Notes: generated by a model from the sequence alone, not told the origin. A DNA stretch of 64,000 nt from the human T2T-CHM13v2.0 reference genome, Homo sapiens (GCF_009914755.1 NC_060931.1), one strand, 5' to 3'; numbered from the stretch's first letter, positions 21,283 to 42,004 are shown. Translations and numbers: made by a program.

Positions 21283-22224
21283 TCACTAAATCCTCACAGT
21301 GACCCTGAGATAACCACACTATTACCATCTGCAATTTACCATTTCACAGATAAGCAACTGAAGCTTAGATGGCACTACAGCCAGACACTGTTCCCCCCCA
21401 AAAAAGAGAGAATGGGAAGCATCTTTCAACTAGATATCAGCTGTATTTACTTTAGTGTCTACCTTTAACACTTTTAGCACTATTAGAAATCAAAACAAGT
21501 TTCATTACATAGATGTGTGACGTGAGGCCAGGTGCAGTGGCTCACGCCTGTAATCCCAGCACTTTGGGAGGCCGAGGCAGGCGGATCACCTGAGCCCAGG
21601 AGTTTGAGAGCAGCCCAGCCAACGTGGCAAAACCCCATCTCTACTAAAAATACAAAGATTAGCCAGAGCGTGGTAGCAGGCACCTATAATCCCAGCTACT
21701 CGGGAGGCTGAGGCAGGAGAATTGCTTGAGGTGGAGGTGGAGGTTGCAGTGAGCCGAGATCGTGCCACTGCACTCCAGCCTGGGTGACAGAGTGAGACTC
21801 TGTCTCAAAAAACAAAATAAAAAATAAACATAGATGTGTGATGTGAAAGTCAGGCCCATATTGGAACTATTGGTGCCATCCTTTTTTCCCTATTCCCTAC
21901 TTCCATACCCATGGGCATCGATAATGGACTCACAACTTTCTCTAGCCTGCTGAGGCAGAAGCAAGCTTCAGAACAAAGGCCCCCTCAAGACAGTGACCAT
22001 CAGACACCACCAGTCAGCTCTAACTGGGCACAGGAGATGAAACCCGCCTACCATCGCAGAAAGGAAAAATATTTGAGGGGAAAAGGCTGGGAGAAAGAAT
22101 AAAGAAGGTTAGATGACCAATTCAGTTCACTGCTAAAGGACAGTTCACTGCTAAAGTTCACTGCTAAAGGGATTTTCTTAAAATGTCAGGAAACCAAAGG
22201 AAAAGCATCATATAAACTTCTTAA

Positions 22225-22362
22225 CTTTGCTGTTCCAGTCTGAGAACCATAAAAAATCTTCACTCCAGACACAAAGATGTCTTTCTCTCGAAGGGAGACA
22301 TAACCATTTGTCATCAAATCCTGAGCTGCTTTTGGAACAGATTTTTCCTGTAAGTTCCTGCC
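22225..22362 (-). pseudogene. TYW1B: Silenced exon homologous to TYW1 exon 3 (GRNLQEKSVPKAAQDLMTNGYVSLREKDIFVSGVKIFYGSQTGTAK); donor reads TT instead of GT
   Basis: Acceptor tcttcaAG intact (22364-22363). 138 nt open frame. Ends GCAAAG|ttaaga where gtaaga is expected. Confidence 0.88.
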
Positions 22363-22983
22363 CTTGAAGACAAATAATTACACAAAATCCATCAAGTCTA
22401 AATCGTTTCCCAACTTCAGCAGGGATGAAAGGTAGCACAGATACTGACACACTTTATTTTTCTCTTAATCTGACACACCTGTATTTTTCTCTTAAATCTT
22501 TCTGGTTGTATTCCTCAAATATTAGCCCCTTGGTATAATAAGGTCCTTTAATAGGCAGGACCCACATTTTTAAGGCTCATGATTTCCATTCCCTCCAAGA
22601 AAAAACTTTACATACTTTTATCCTATAAGGTATTTTAGTAGAATAATAGTAGGAACTTATTTTCTGATCCTTAATTAATGGAAAGAGAGGACTACTGACC
22701 CTTAAAGGTATAAAACAAATTTGTTTTTCATATAAAAGGTTCACTTTTCATTACAAAAATCTTCCTGTATCTTAAAAATGAGACACACCTATCAAAGAAA
22801 AAGTAAGTAACTTAATCCAAGATAACTTAGTCTCCAAAAACTTAGAGAAGAAATTTATTTTAGGCATTTCATTAAAATGTCTAAAGACCAAACACAAAAG
22901 TAATTAAAGGTTCCTTTTAGTGTTTAAATCCTCTATAAAATCTGATGCCTAAATACTCTATTAAAAAAAATAACTCCACTTAC

Positions 22984-23114
22984 CTGCATCTCGATGACAA
23001 TCTGGACACAAATCCAAAGGCTAATGCTAACAGCAAAGCCCAGATAAATGTAAAACCTGTTTATCCATAATGATATTAAAGGTGAGGAGAGGTCCCATGT
23101 ATCCGCAGAAGGAT
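22984..23114 (-). CDS. TYW1B: TYW1B coding exon 2 (DPSADTWDLSSPLISLWINRFYIYLGFAVSISLWICVQIVIEMQ); hydrophobic N-terminal segment
   Basis: Acceptor aatttAG (23116-23115), donor CAG|gtaagt (22983-22982). 131 nt; with ATGG from exon 1 this gives 45 codons. Confidence 0.95.
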
Positions 23115-23241
23115 CTAAATTTAAAATGACACACACAGATAATTTCATTTAAAGCTACATATACAAAGATATCCTTCCCGATTTTAAGAAGAAAATAAAA
23201 CCAACCTTACATTCAACAACCCAGCTAAGAAATCTAATTTA

Positions 23242-23577
<336 letters not shown>

Positions 23578-24200
23578 CTATGTAGTAACGTAATAAAATT
23601 ATCATACTGTTAACACTAACTCAAAGAAAAAACAGAATATAAAACTGTATCTTCACTTCGAAATGAGCATTTAGAAGCAAGAGAAGGAACATAAAGTAAA
23701 AATACTTCATGTGAAATTAAGTTAATTGTTTTGTTGTGCTTGCTCCATAAAAAAAGCTTAAGTAGTAAAAGTATTCTTTTTACTAACTGTACTTTCAAAG
23801 GCTCACGGTTAAACTTGTAAAAGATTCTCAAGTAACTGACCTTACGTCTCATTTTTTTTTTTAAGAGAGATATGGAAGGACCTGGCTTCAAACGTTCAAC
23901 CTGGCAGCAATTTCAAAAGTCGAAGCCTGAAATTTAGGCTTTACAGGTGCAAAAGTCCTAATACACGTGGGTAAAGTGGGAGGGGTAGTTTTCTGTCTAA
24001 CCCCCTAGCCTCAAAAGGCAAAAGCCAGGTCAAAAGTAGGGATCGGTCCTCCTTGCTCTCAGCGGCGGCTAGCCGGTGCTGTCAAGTGCAACAGTCTCCG
24101 AAGGAAGGGGACCGAGGACGCCACTCCGCCCGGAGAGGGTCTCAGTAAAACGTTTACCTCCCCTGCCGCCCCAGGGTCCTTGCCCGCCGAGTGCCCTTAC

Positions 24201-24204
24201 CCAT
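24201..24204 (-). CDS. TYW1B: TYW1B exon 1 coding part (ATG G)
   Basis: Minus strand reads aggaggATGG|gtaagg. It joins in frame to exon 2, giving MDPSADTW. Confidence 0.92.
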
Positions 24205-24350
24205 CCTCCTCAGAGCCGACAGGAGACTAGGATCTCGGACCTGGAGAGCCCAAAGGTTCGCACTGGTACTGCGAGACGCACCGAGCTACCTCGCGGCGTT
24301 AGCGCCGTACCGAGTGGCTGCAGAACTGTGGGCAGCTACGACGCTGCCAG
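24201..24350 (-). other. TYW1B: TYW1B exon 1 (5' UTR plus start codon); 5' boundary approximate
   Basis: CpG-rich segment ending at a canonical donor, directly downstream of the CCAAT cluster. TSS cannot be fixed from sequence. Confidence 0.7.
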
Positions 24351-24794
24351 GCCCGTCCTGATTGGTTCAGAGGACGAAGAGGTGGGCCCAGAGGAAAGCC
24401 CGGAGCTCCGGGAAAGGAAGCCAGTGCCCGGTGCGCTCTCGGCCCTGCTCCGATTGGCTCAGAGGGGAAAGGGGGCGTGTCCAGAAATAAGCACCGCCCG
24501 GAGTTCCGGGCGATGAGGGCGGAGCGCTTCCGCCTCCGTTTGGATTGGCTCAGACTGGGAAAAGGCGGGTCCAGAGAGAAATGATTGGCATGGGAAAATT
24601 AAAAGAGGAAAGGAGTGGGGAGCGGGGGAAATGCTATGTGGGCCTGTTTGGATCTTAATTGAAATAAACCGACTGTAGAAAGGCATTATTTTTGGGAAAC
24701 CCCGAGGGTAAACCCCGAGGATGACTTAATATCATCTAATAGATGATATTAAGGAATTGTAGTTAATCTCGTCGCGTGTATCTGTTAAGGGCTA

Positions 24795-25165
<371 letters not shown>

Positions 25166-25379
25166 AAATAAAAAAGCAACAAAAAAAATGAAAAAAGAAT
25201 AAAACAAGGATGGCAAAATGTTGATAGCGCGGTGATGGGTACATGGAAGGTTCATTACACTTTTTTGTCTACATTTTATGTTAAAATATTTCTATTATAA
25301 AAGGGTGAGTAAATAAAAATATTTATCATAAAATAATTCCATTATAAAAAAATTTCTATTATAAAGTGGGTCTGGCCCT

Positions 25380-26100
<721 letters not shown>

Positions 26101-26551
26101 ATTTGGTTGGTTCCGATTGGGTTGTTGGTTTGGGGTTTTGTTTTGTTGGTGTCATAAAAGCTGCAGCCAAGAAATCTCATAATTGTGGTCCTTTTCCTAG
26201 AATAATGATGGCTGAGAACCTAGTGTTCCGAATACTGTCATAGATCTCAGTAGCCCTAGCAGTTTAAAGTGCGTAGTGTCTTCACTGCTGCCATCTAGGG
26301 ACTGGCATTCCGTGGCAGCAGCTGTCTGCACCCCACCCTTGTGTTTCTTACGTCCTCCCATGACATTTTTCTCCAGTGAGCAAATGGTAGGGCAAATACA
26401 GTTCTGAGTTTTGAAAATGTTCCCTCAGGCCGATGCGGGCAGATCACTTGAGGCCAGGAGTTCGAGGCCAGCCTGGCCAACATGAAACACCATCTCTACT
26501 AAAAATACAAAATTAGCCGGGTGTGGTGGCGCATGCCTGTAATCCCAGCTA

Positions 26552-26753
<202 letters not shown>

Positions 26754-26820
26754 TTAAATGTAAATGCATGTCCAAGTTTCAAGTATATTCACATAGGACT
26801 TTCTCTCCTGCCCTCACAAG

Positions 26821-26992
<172 letters not shown>

Positions 26993-27730
26993 TAACGTAT
27001 TTGTAGATATATTAAACATTAAAGGCTGTTTTTCTGGAGGAAAGACTAACCAAGCAATAATGTGAACTGCACAATATCACTTCTAATAATAAAGAACTTG
27101 GTGGTTTTGTTTTTTTGTGTTTTTTTTTTTTGCCAAAACCTCCTGAAATCAGATTTTCTACTAAATTACCTCATTTTTCTATAAATTACCTCATTTATAG
27201 AATGTGGTATACCTGAAAACTGAATTTGTTTTCAAGTATTTCATCTTTCAGACCCTTTTATTTTTTTGGCAGGGGACAGAGTCTTGCTCTGTTGCCCTTG
27301 GCTGGAGTGCAGTGCACTTCACTGCACTCAGCTCACTGCAACCTCTGCCTCCTGGGTTCAAGCGATTCTCTTGCCTCAGCTTCCAGGGTAGCTGGGATTA
27401 CAGGTGCCCACCACCCTGCCCGGCTAATTTTTGGATTTTTAGTAGAGATGGGGTTTCACTATGTTGGCCGGGTTGGTCTCAAACTCCTGACCTTGGGTGA
27501 TATGCCCACCTCAGCCACCCAAAGTGCTGGGATTACAGATGTGAGCCACTGCGCCCAGCCAAAAGATTCTTGCATCTTTTGGGCAAAGCTCAAACCATTA
27601 CTTACATATTAATAGCTGGAGAGGATGAAATTTAATTTTCTCCCCAGTTACTCATTTTTTGTCGTTAGTTAATAAATAGTGTGTGATAGAGAAAGATAGT
27701 GATTTCTTAACTGTGTTGGCATTTTTTTAG

Positions 27731-27978
<248 letters not shown>

Positions 27979-28649
27979 TGAAGAAATCATTAAAATAATG
28001 GGTCTGGGGCCAGGCACAATGGTTCATACCCGTAATCCTAGCACTTTGGGAGCCAAGATGGGAGGATTGCTTGAGGCCTGGAAACAGCCTGGGAAACATA
28101 GGGACGCCCCATCTCTAAATTTTTTTGTTTATTGTTGTTTTTTTGTTTGAGACAGAGTCGCACTGTGTTGCCCAGGCTGGAGTGCAGTGGCACGATCTCG
28201 GCTCACTTACAATCTCCACCTCCCGCGTTCAAGCAAGTCTCCTGCCTCAGCCTCCCAAGTAGCTGGGATTATAGGCACGCGCCACCACACCCAGCTAATT
28301 TTGTTATTTTTAGTAGAGTTGAGGTTTTACCATGTTGGCCAGGCTGGTCTTGAACTCCTGACCTCAGGTGATCCGTCCGCCTTGGCCTCCCAAAGTGCTG
28401 GGATTACAGGCATCAGCTACCGTACCCTACCTCTAATTTTTTTAATATAAAAAATTAAATTTAAAAAAATGGGTTTGCATGGAAGCAAGTGGGTAGAAGT
28501 TTTGTGGAAGAGATGGAGGAAAAGGACGGGGTTGTAAAGATAGGTAGTTTTTTTTTCAAGTAAACACAAATATGTATATAGGACTTTCTTCTTCCTATCC
28601 AAATCAAACTTTTAAAAACAAAACTTGAGTTTTTAAAGGGTCATTTTAA

Positions 28650-29810
<1,161 letters not shown>

Positions 29811-29892
29811 CTACATGGAAACTACTTTGTTTTTGAAAACCTTATGAAATAATATAGTAGAAGAAATTGCATTCTCGATTTTGTCTTGGTAG

Positions 29893-30108
<216 letters not shown>

Positions 30109-30117
30109 TAGTAATAA

Positions 30118-30413
<296 letters not shown>

Positions 30414-30754
30414 TGATCCACCCGCCTCGGCCTCCCAAAGTGCAGGGATTACGGGCGTGAGCCACTGTGCCCAGCCAGATATTTTCTTAAGACTAAAGGT
30501 TGGTCAGCCTTGTTTACCACAAATCCTTTTATTTTTTTCCCAGCATTTATTTTTGTCATATATTATGCATAGTGTTTTAGATACATGATTTTAGCAAATT
30601 TAGCGACTATTTAAAATAAGCCACTTAAAAATTGCTATTTTAGTGGAAGATTGATAATTCCAATTACCTGAAAAATTTTGCAAAAATTAGTACAAAGCAC
30701 ACTATGGGAATTTATATTGAGTTTTCAGAGATAGCTCAATTGCGTGCTTTACTC

Positions 30755-31956
<1,202 letters not shown>

Positions 31957-32045
31957 TAAAAGTAAATGACCTGTAGAGAAGTGTTGAGTATGTGAGTATC
32001 CACTGTAGATGTGAACTAACCCATCTGACACTACTTGAAGTTCTA

Positions 32046-32360
<315 letters not shown>

Positions 32361-32695
32361 TCATACGTGGAGGTGACTTTACTGAGCTATAAAATGTAAT
32401 GCTAAATTTTAGTATGAGAAGAATCAGAGTTTTCTAGTTTGTCCCTTCCATTTACAGCGGAAGAATCAGAATAAGTGTTTAAACATAGGGATTAATGCCT
32501 TGTCACAGGGGGCTACATGGATACTTGAGGGCAGAGGCTGAACTGGAACCCAGTGTGCCGCCCTACCCATTGTCTTATCTATTGCACCATAGAACTGTGG
32601 TATTAGAGATCTGGACAGCATTGTGCTTGCCTCAAAGTTAAAGCTGAGTTTATTCTGTGTCTTGCTCATCCTCATTTGGTAAACTGCTACGTTAA

Positions 32696-33525
<830 letters not shown>

Positions 33526-33806
33526 AACTTCCTAACTCCCTTTCTTTTCTCTGCCTGTGTCTGTGGTAGGGTTAGGGAGTTGTTAGGAGAACTAAATAAG
33601 TCCATATGAAGAGTGCTTAGAACAGGGCCTGTACTTGTAAACGCCTGAAAAATTTTTGCTAACACTTGGGATGTAACTGAAGTATTATTTTAGTATTTAA
33701 ACACGTAAATGGACAAGGTGCAAGCTTTTAAAAATCTACTTCAAGGCCAGGGAGGTGACTCACACCTGTAATCCCAGCACTTTGGGAGGCTGAGGCAGGC
33801 GGATCA

Positions 33807-34087
<281 letters not shown>

Positions 34088-34524
34088 TCAAAATAAATAT
34101 ACAGATGTATTTCTGGACAGCAGTTTTTATTTTAACTGAAAACAGGCTTCTTGACTTGAAAAGGTACTGATTGGTTTATAAGCACACAGAACTCCCTGCT
34201 AATACAAGCTCTCAGAAATGTCCCTTTAGTTCAAAATAATTGAGATTATAAAGTCAAAATTTTTTCTTACAGTGTTAACAAAATATATTCTTGTTTGATA
34301 ACATGGGAATGAACTCTTTTTCTGTTAATGCTAAAGCTAGGCTGCTGTTTTGATACAGCTACTTGTTCAATATATCAATAGCTCTATCTTTCTTAGTAAG
34401 AAAATATAAACATTTAATGAAACATTTCCTTAAGATTTTCTGGGGCCAGGCGCAGTGGCTCACACCGGTAATCCCAGCAATTTGGGAGGCCAAGGCGGGT
34501 GAATCACTTGAGCTCAGGAGTTCA

Positions 34525-34776
<252 letters not shown>

Positions 34777-36342
34777 TCAAGAAATGTCAAATGTAGATCA
34801 CATCTGAGTCATCATCTAAACTTATTTTTTTAATTTTATACTAATTTCATTATCAAAGAACTTAACATTTTTGGTTCATGATCATCTTCCCAGTACCACA
34901 GCCATAATGGATTATTTTAACGATTGATTGATTGGACTTTTTCAGTGCAAGCTGATGGTGTGTGCATTTGGTCACAATGACATTTCAGACTTAGGCCTCT
35001 TCTTTTACCACAGTTCTTTTCTCTGAAGCTTCCCTTGTACCCCATACAGAAGTATTTGCTCCAGTTGCTGGAACCCAGTACTCTACTTAAATTCCTTCAT
35101 GGGTCTAGATTTATTCAAACTTGTATTAGAGCTGCTTAATTATCTGCCTTCAGGCTAGACTGTGAGCTCCTTAAGGGCAAGGGAGTTAGCAATGTGTGTG
35201 TATATCCCACCATGCTTTGGACCTAGTAGATGTGGAGTAAATGTCTGAAATAATAAACATGTGGGCCAGGCACAGTGGCTCACGCCTGTAATCCCAGCAC
35301 TTTGGGAGGCCAAAGCTGGTGGATCACTTTAAGTCAGGAGTTCAATACCAGCCTGGGCAACATGGTAAAACCCTGTCTTTACTAAAAATACAAAAAAAAA
35401 AAAAAATTATCTGAGCATGGTGGCACGCGCCTGTAATCCCAGCTACTCAGGAGGCTGAGGCAGTAGAATCATTTGAACCTGCAAAGTGGAGGCTGCAGTG
35501 AGATGAGATCATGCCACTGCACTCCAGCCTGGGTGACAGAGCGAGACTCCGTCTCAAAAAAAAAAAAATTCAAAAATCAAAATGCTCAGGGACCATTTCC
35601 TTTGAGCATTATGTTTCTAATTTGGGGGTTTTTCGGATTAAGGATACTCAACCTGTAGTTAAATGAATTGTAACATCTCCTTATTGTGGATTTTTCTTTT
35701 TTTTGAGATGGAGTCTCGCCCTGTTGCCCAGGTTGGAGTGCAGTGGTGCAATCTTAGCTCACTGCAACCTCCAACTCCCGAATTCAAGCGATTTTCGTGC
35801 CTCAGCCTCCTGAATAGTAGGGACTACAGGTGCGCACCACCATGCCTGGCTAATTTTTGTATTTTTAGTAAAGACAGGGTTTCCCTATTTGGGCCAGGCT
35901 AGTTTTGAACTCCTGACCTCAGGTGATCCACCTGTCTCAGCCTCCCAAAAGTGCTGGGATTACAGGTGTGGGCAACTGCACCCAGCCTATTGTGGAATAT
36001 TAAGTATATTTTAACAAATGAGACATCTTCCCGTATGTCCTATAGCGATGTCCATGGTAATAAGTGGAGGAGGGGTAGAGACGGAAGAGGGAATAAAACT
36101 ACGGAGGAATGTATTATGGTGTGATCCCATTTTTGTCACTTTTTTGGAGGAAAAACCCTAAATATGTGTGTACAGGTTTATATACGGTTGAAAGAGCATA
36201 GAAATTCTGTGGAAAAATACACATGTAACCTACACAAGCATATTACAACCAGCATGATTAGTTTTGAAATAAAGTTTTCAGCCAGTCACGGAGGCTCACA
36301 CCTGCAATCCCAGCACTTTGGGAGGCAGAGGTAGGCAGATTA

Positions 36343-36992
<650 letters not shown>

Positions 36993-37101
36993 TCAGATTC
37001 ACTTTCAAAGATCTCTTCTGCCCTGCCCTTTAGAAATTGTGAGAGGCTTCCCTGGGTCTTGGAAGTTGAAATCTTGAACTTTTTCCCTAGCATGACCAGT
37101 G

Positions 37102-37934
37102 CTGTTGCCAAAATGCCGGGGATTTGGTGTAGGTCCTGCCGCTTGCTGCACAGAAAGCCAATCAGTAGTGCCAGGGAAGAAGGCTTTAATTGGGTGCTCC
37201 AGCCAAGGAGATGGGAGATCAGTTTCAAATTCGTCTCCCTGACCAACTAAAATTAGAGGTTTATACAGGAAGGAAGAAATGTAACTACATGCAGTAAGAC
37301 AGGAATTAGGGAGGGGTAAGGAAGAGGAGTTGATCAACAGGCAGCAGGTGGTCTGTTAGGCCATTATGACAGATGAGGGGTCCCGCATCTCCTTGTCCAA
37401 ATGCAGTGATCTGGTAAGTTTCAGTTCCTTGATACCATCTGGGAGGCCTGATGGTTGATTTCCTGAGAAAGGAACTCAGATAAGGCAAATGTCACTTTCT
37501 CAAATTTCAAGACTGGAAAGGTCAATTTGTTTCTCTTTTCGCTTTTGCTTTTGCTTTTGTTTTGTTTTGAGACAGGGTCTCACTATGTTGCCCAGGCTGA
37601 AGTGCAGTGGCTGTTCACAGGCGTGATGCCACTACTCATCAGCATGGGAGTTTTGACCTGCTCAGTCTCTGACCTGAGCTGGTTAACCCCTCCTTAAGCA
37701 ACCTGGTGGTCCCCCACTCCCAGGAAGTGGATGCTAAATTTAGTGCAGACACCTGACTGGCATAGCGCACTACAGCCCAGAACTCCTGGGCTCAAGGGAT
37801 CCTCCCACCTCAGCCTCCCAAGTAGCTGGGAATACAGGCACACTCCACCACACCAGGCTAGAAGGATCAATTTCTATGTTTATTCAAAAGAAACCATAAA
37901 CATCTGCTCTGTGAAAGAACTGAGTCAGTTTCAG
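37102..37934 (-). mobile_element. ERV1-type solo LTR (family unassigned) hosting a 7SL retrocopy
   Basis: TGTTGCCAAAATGCCGGGG ... GTCAGTTTCA termini; recalled motifs CAGAAAGCCAATCA and TCTCCCTGACCAACTAAAATTAG. Confidence 0.6.
37569..37858 (-). pseudogene. 7SL (SRP RNA) processed pseudogene, near full length
   Basis: Reverse complement contains the S domain that Alus lack (TTCTGGGCTGTAGTGCGCTATGCC, GGGGGACCACCAGGTTGCTTAAGGAGGGG, GAGCAGGTCAAAACTCCC). Decayed A-tail at about 37530-37568. Confidence 0.93.
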
Positions 37935-38197
37935 TACCTTAGCAGGTGACACAGACTCTGTTGTGAGAACGGAAAGCCCAGGAAAGAATTGCAGATTACT
38001 GGTTTCAAGCTGTCTTATACCTACACCTCAGGCACTAGGAGCCATGGAGAGTTCGCAAGAAGTGATGAGGAGATTTAAAAAGAAAAGGCAGAAGAGATGG
38101 AGAGTGGATGGAAAGCTCCCAATAAAGAGAGGCTGGCCGGGCATGGTGGCTCATGCCTATAATCCCAGCATTTTCGAAGGCTGAGGCAGGCGGATCA

Positions 38198-38497
<300 letters not shown>

Positions 38498-38963
38498 TTA
38501 CTTTTCTTCATGTCCCTCTCCTCCTAGGCTGGGATCCAGCAGCCCCAGGACTTCGTGCCACTAAAATAACTGCCGCATTTTTTTTTGTCCTTGAGTTTCA
38601 TGGCATGGATCGCAGATTTCAGCTTTGAATCTTTGAATGTTTTGAATGTTTCAGCTTTCAAATGTTTTGCTTTTCTCCAAATAGCCTAGGCTATAGCGAA
38701 CCATAGAAGGGCAAATGAGCAAGCCATCATCCCCAAACATTTCTAAATCAATCCATTTTCCATCATGACTCAGTACATGTATACATCTGTAACAGAGTGC
38801 AGTGGCGCAATCATAGCTCTCTGCAGCCTAGAACTCTTAGGTTCAATCAATCCTCCTGCCTCAGCCTCCAGAGTTGCTGGAACTACAGGCTTGTGCCACC
38901 ACGCCTAGCTAATTATTTTAATTTTTTGTAGGGACAGGGTCTTGCTATGTTGCCCAAACTTAA

Positions 38964-39152
<189 letters not shown>

Positions 39153-39843
39153 TAGTAGAGACGGGGTTTCACCACAGTGGCCACGCTGGTCTCGAACCCT
39201 TGAACCCAGGTGATCCACCCCCCTCAGCCTCCCAAAGTGCTAGGATTACAGGCGTGAGCCACTGTGCACGGCCTTAATCTACTATTTTTTGTGGCAATAA
39301 TTAGATGCTTAATTCTCTAAGTAAAAATTAAATTCAATTCCAAGGTTTGCAAAGCATGCTAAGTATACCCAAACATCTTCAGAGAAACTATGCTGAGCAA
39401 TTTCTTTACCGTATTTTGCCCAAACACAGTAATGAATACAGCTGAATATTCCCTGCATGTTTTGCTAATTTCATACTTTCCGTCAGTACACAGAACATGG
39501 CAACTGTGTGTCTCAAGTGTTTTTCAGACATCATCTGACTTACCGTAACTGTCTGCATAGTAGACCTGGTATTATGCATCTTACACAGATGGAGAATTTG
39601 AAGTTAAATACGGGCCCAGGTGCACAATTACATTTCAGGGCCCAGAATTTAGGTATAAATGTTGGACTTAAAGAGTGCTGTTTTATTTTTAGAACACTAA
39701 TTCAGTAAATAAAGCAGCAGACATGGGCTTATGATTCATTCACCTTATTTGTGAAAAGAAAAACCTAATAACCTCAGCTTCTTTGTCAAGTGGTTTAGCA
39801 AGTTACATAAAGAGAAAAGGAAAGCGCTGGGTGCGGTGGCTCA

Positions 39844-40107
<264 letters not shown>

Positions 40108-40198
40108 TTAAAAAAAAAAAATTTAAAAATAATTATTTTTAAAAAAAGAAAAGAAGCGGGAAAAAATTAAATGAGACCGTAAAAGTTACTAAAAATTA

Positions 40199-40555
<357 letters not shown>

Positions 40556-41058
40556 TCATTACTATTTATTGCAGAGCAGCTCTCCACCAGGCTGCCACAT
40601 GTGGTTGCACAGGCTGAGCACTGCACAACTTCCACGGCTGCCATACAACAGCTACTCCTGAAGTGCAATGGCCCAGCTATCAAGATAGCTCTTTATGGTA
40701 ATAACAAGCATTTTCTGCATTGAAATCATTTTTAAAAATAAAGATGGGGTCTTGCAATGTTTCCCAGGTTAGTCTCAACCTCCTGGGCTCGAGTGATCCT
40801 CCTGACTCAGCCTCCCAAAGTGCTGGGATTACAGGCGTGAGTGTCACACCCACCCGATTGAAACACTTAATTTTTTTAAATTAAGTGTTAAAGTACTTTG
40901 CATTAGAAAGAAAGAAAAACTAAAATAAATCTTATTTATAAAGGCAAACGTGGGGCCAGGTGCAGTGGCTCACGCCTGTAATTCCAGCACTTTGGGAGGC
41001 CAAGGTGGATGGATCACCTGAGGTCAGGAGTTTGAGACCAGCCTGGCTAACACGGTGA

Positions 41059-41538
41059 TGAGGGAAGAGAGAGATCCTCTCATATTGTTTTATATTGTTT
41101 TATACTCAGTACCTGTTTTAAGAAAAAACAACAAGGAAGTAAAACCAAAGACAAGCAGCCCAGCGCCATGCCCAAAACCACGCCTGGACCTGCCTGGTCT
41201 AAACCCAATAGTTAAAAATCAAATCATAACTTAGAAACCGATGTTATTCATAGATTCCAGACATTGTATAGAAGAACATTGTGACACTCCCTGCCCTGTT
41301 CTGTTTCTCTCTTACCACCGGTGCATGCAGCCCCATCACGTACCGCCTGCTTGCTCAAATCAATGACGACCCTTTCATTGAAATCTTTAGTGATGTGAGC
41401 CCTTAAAAGGGACAGAAATTGTGCATTCGGGGAGCTCGGATTTTAAGGCAGTAGCTTGCCAATGCTCCCAGCTGAATAAAGCCCTTCCTTCTACAACTCA
41501 GTGTCTGAGAGGTTTTGTCTGTGGCTCGTCCTGTTACA
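41059..41538 (+). mobile_element. Complete 480-bp ERV1 solo LTR (LTR15-like) inserted into an Alu
   Basis: TG...CA termini, GTGA TSD at 41055-41058 and 41539-41542, internal CCTTAAAA and AATAAA. The Alu resumes seamlessly. Confidence 0.85.
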
Positions 41539-41605
41539 GTGAAACCCTGTCTCTACTAAAAATACAAAAATTAGCTAGGCATGGTGGAACATGCATGTAA
41601 TCCTA

Positions 41606-42004
<399 letters not shown>

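Larger units (their letters stand above)
24050..24600 (-). promoter_or_regulatory. CpG island / TYW1B promoter with four CCAAT boxes and GC boxes
   Basis: Dense CpG. ATTGG at 24361, 24453, 24544 and 24584. GGGCGG/GGCGGG-type boxes interspersed. Confidence 0.85.

Noticed and set aside
24076-24516. 146-aa plus-strand ORF in the CpG island
   Set aside because: Non-ATG start, GC-rich stop avoidance, no recognisable homology.
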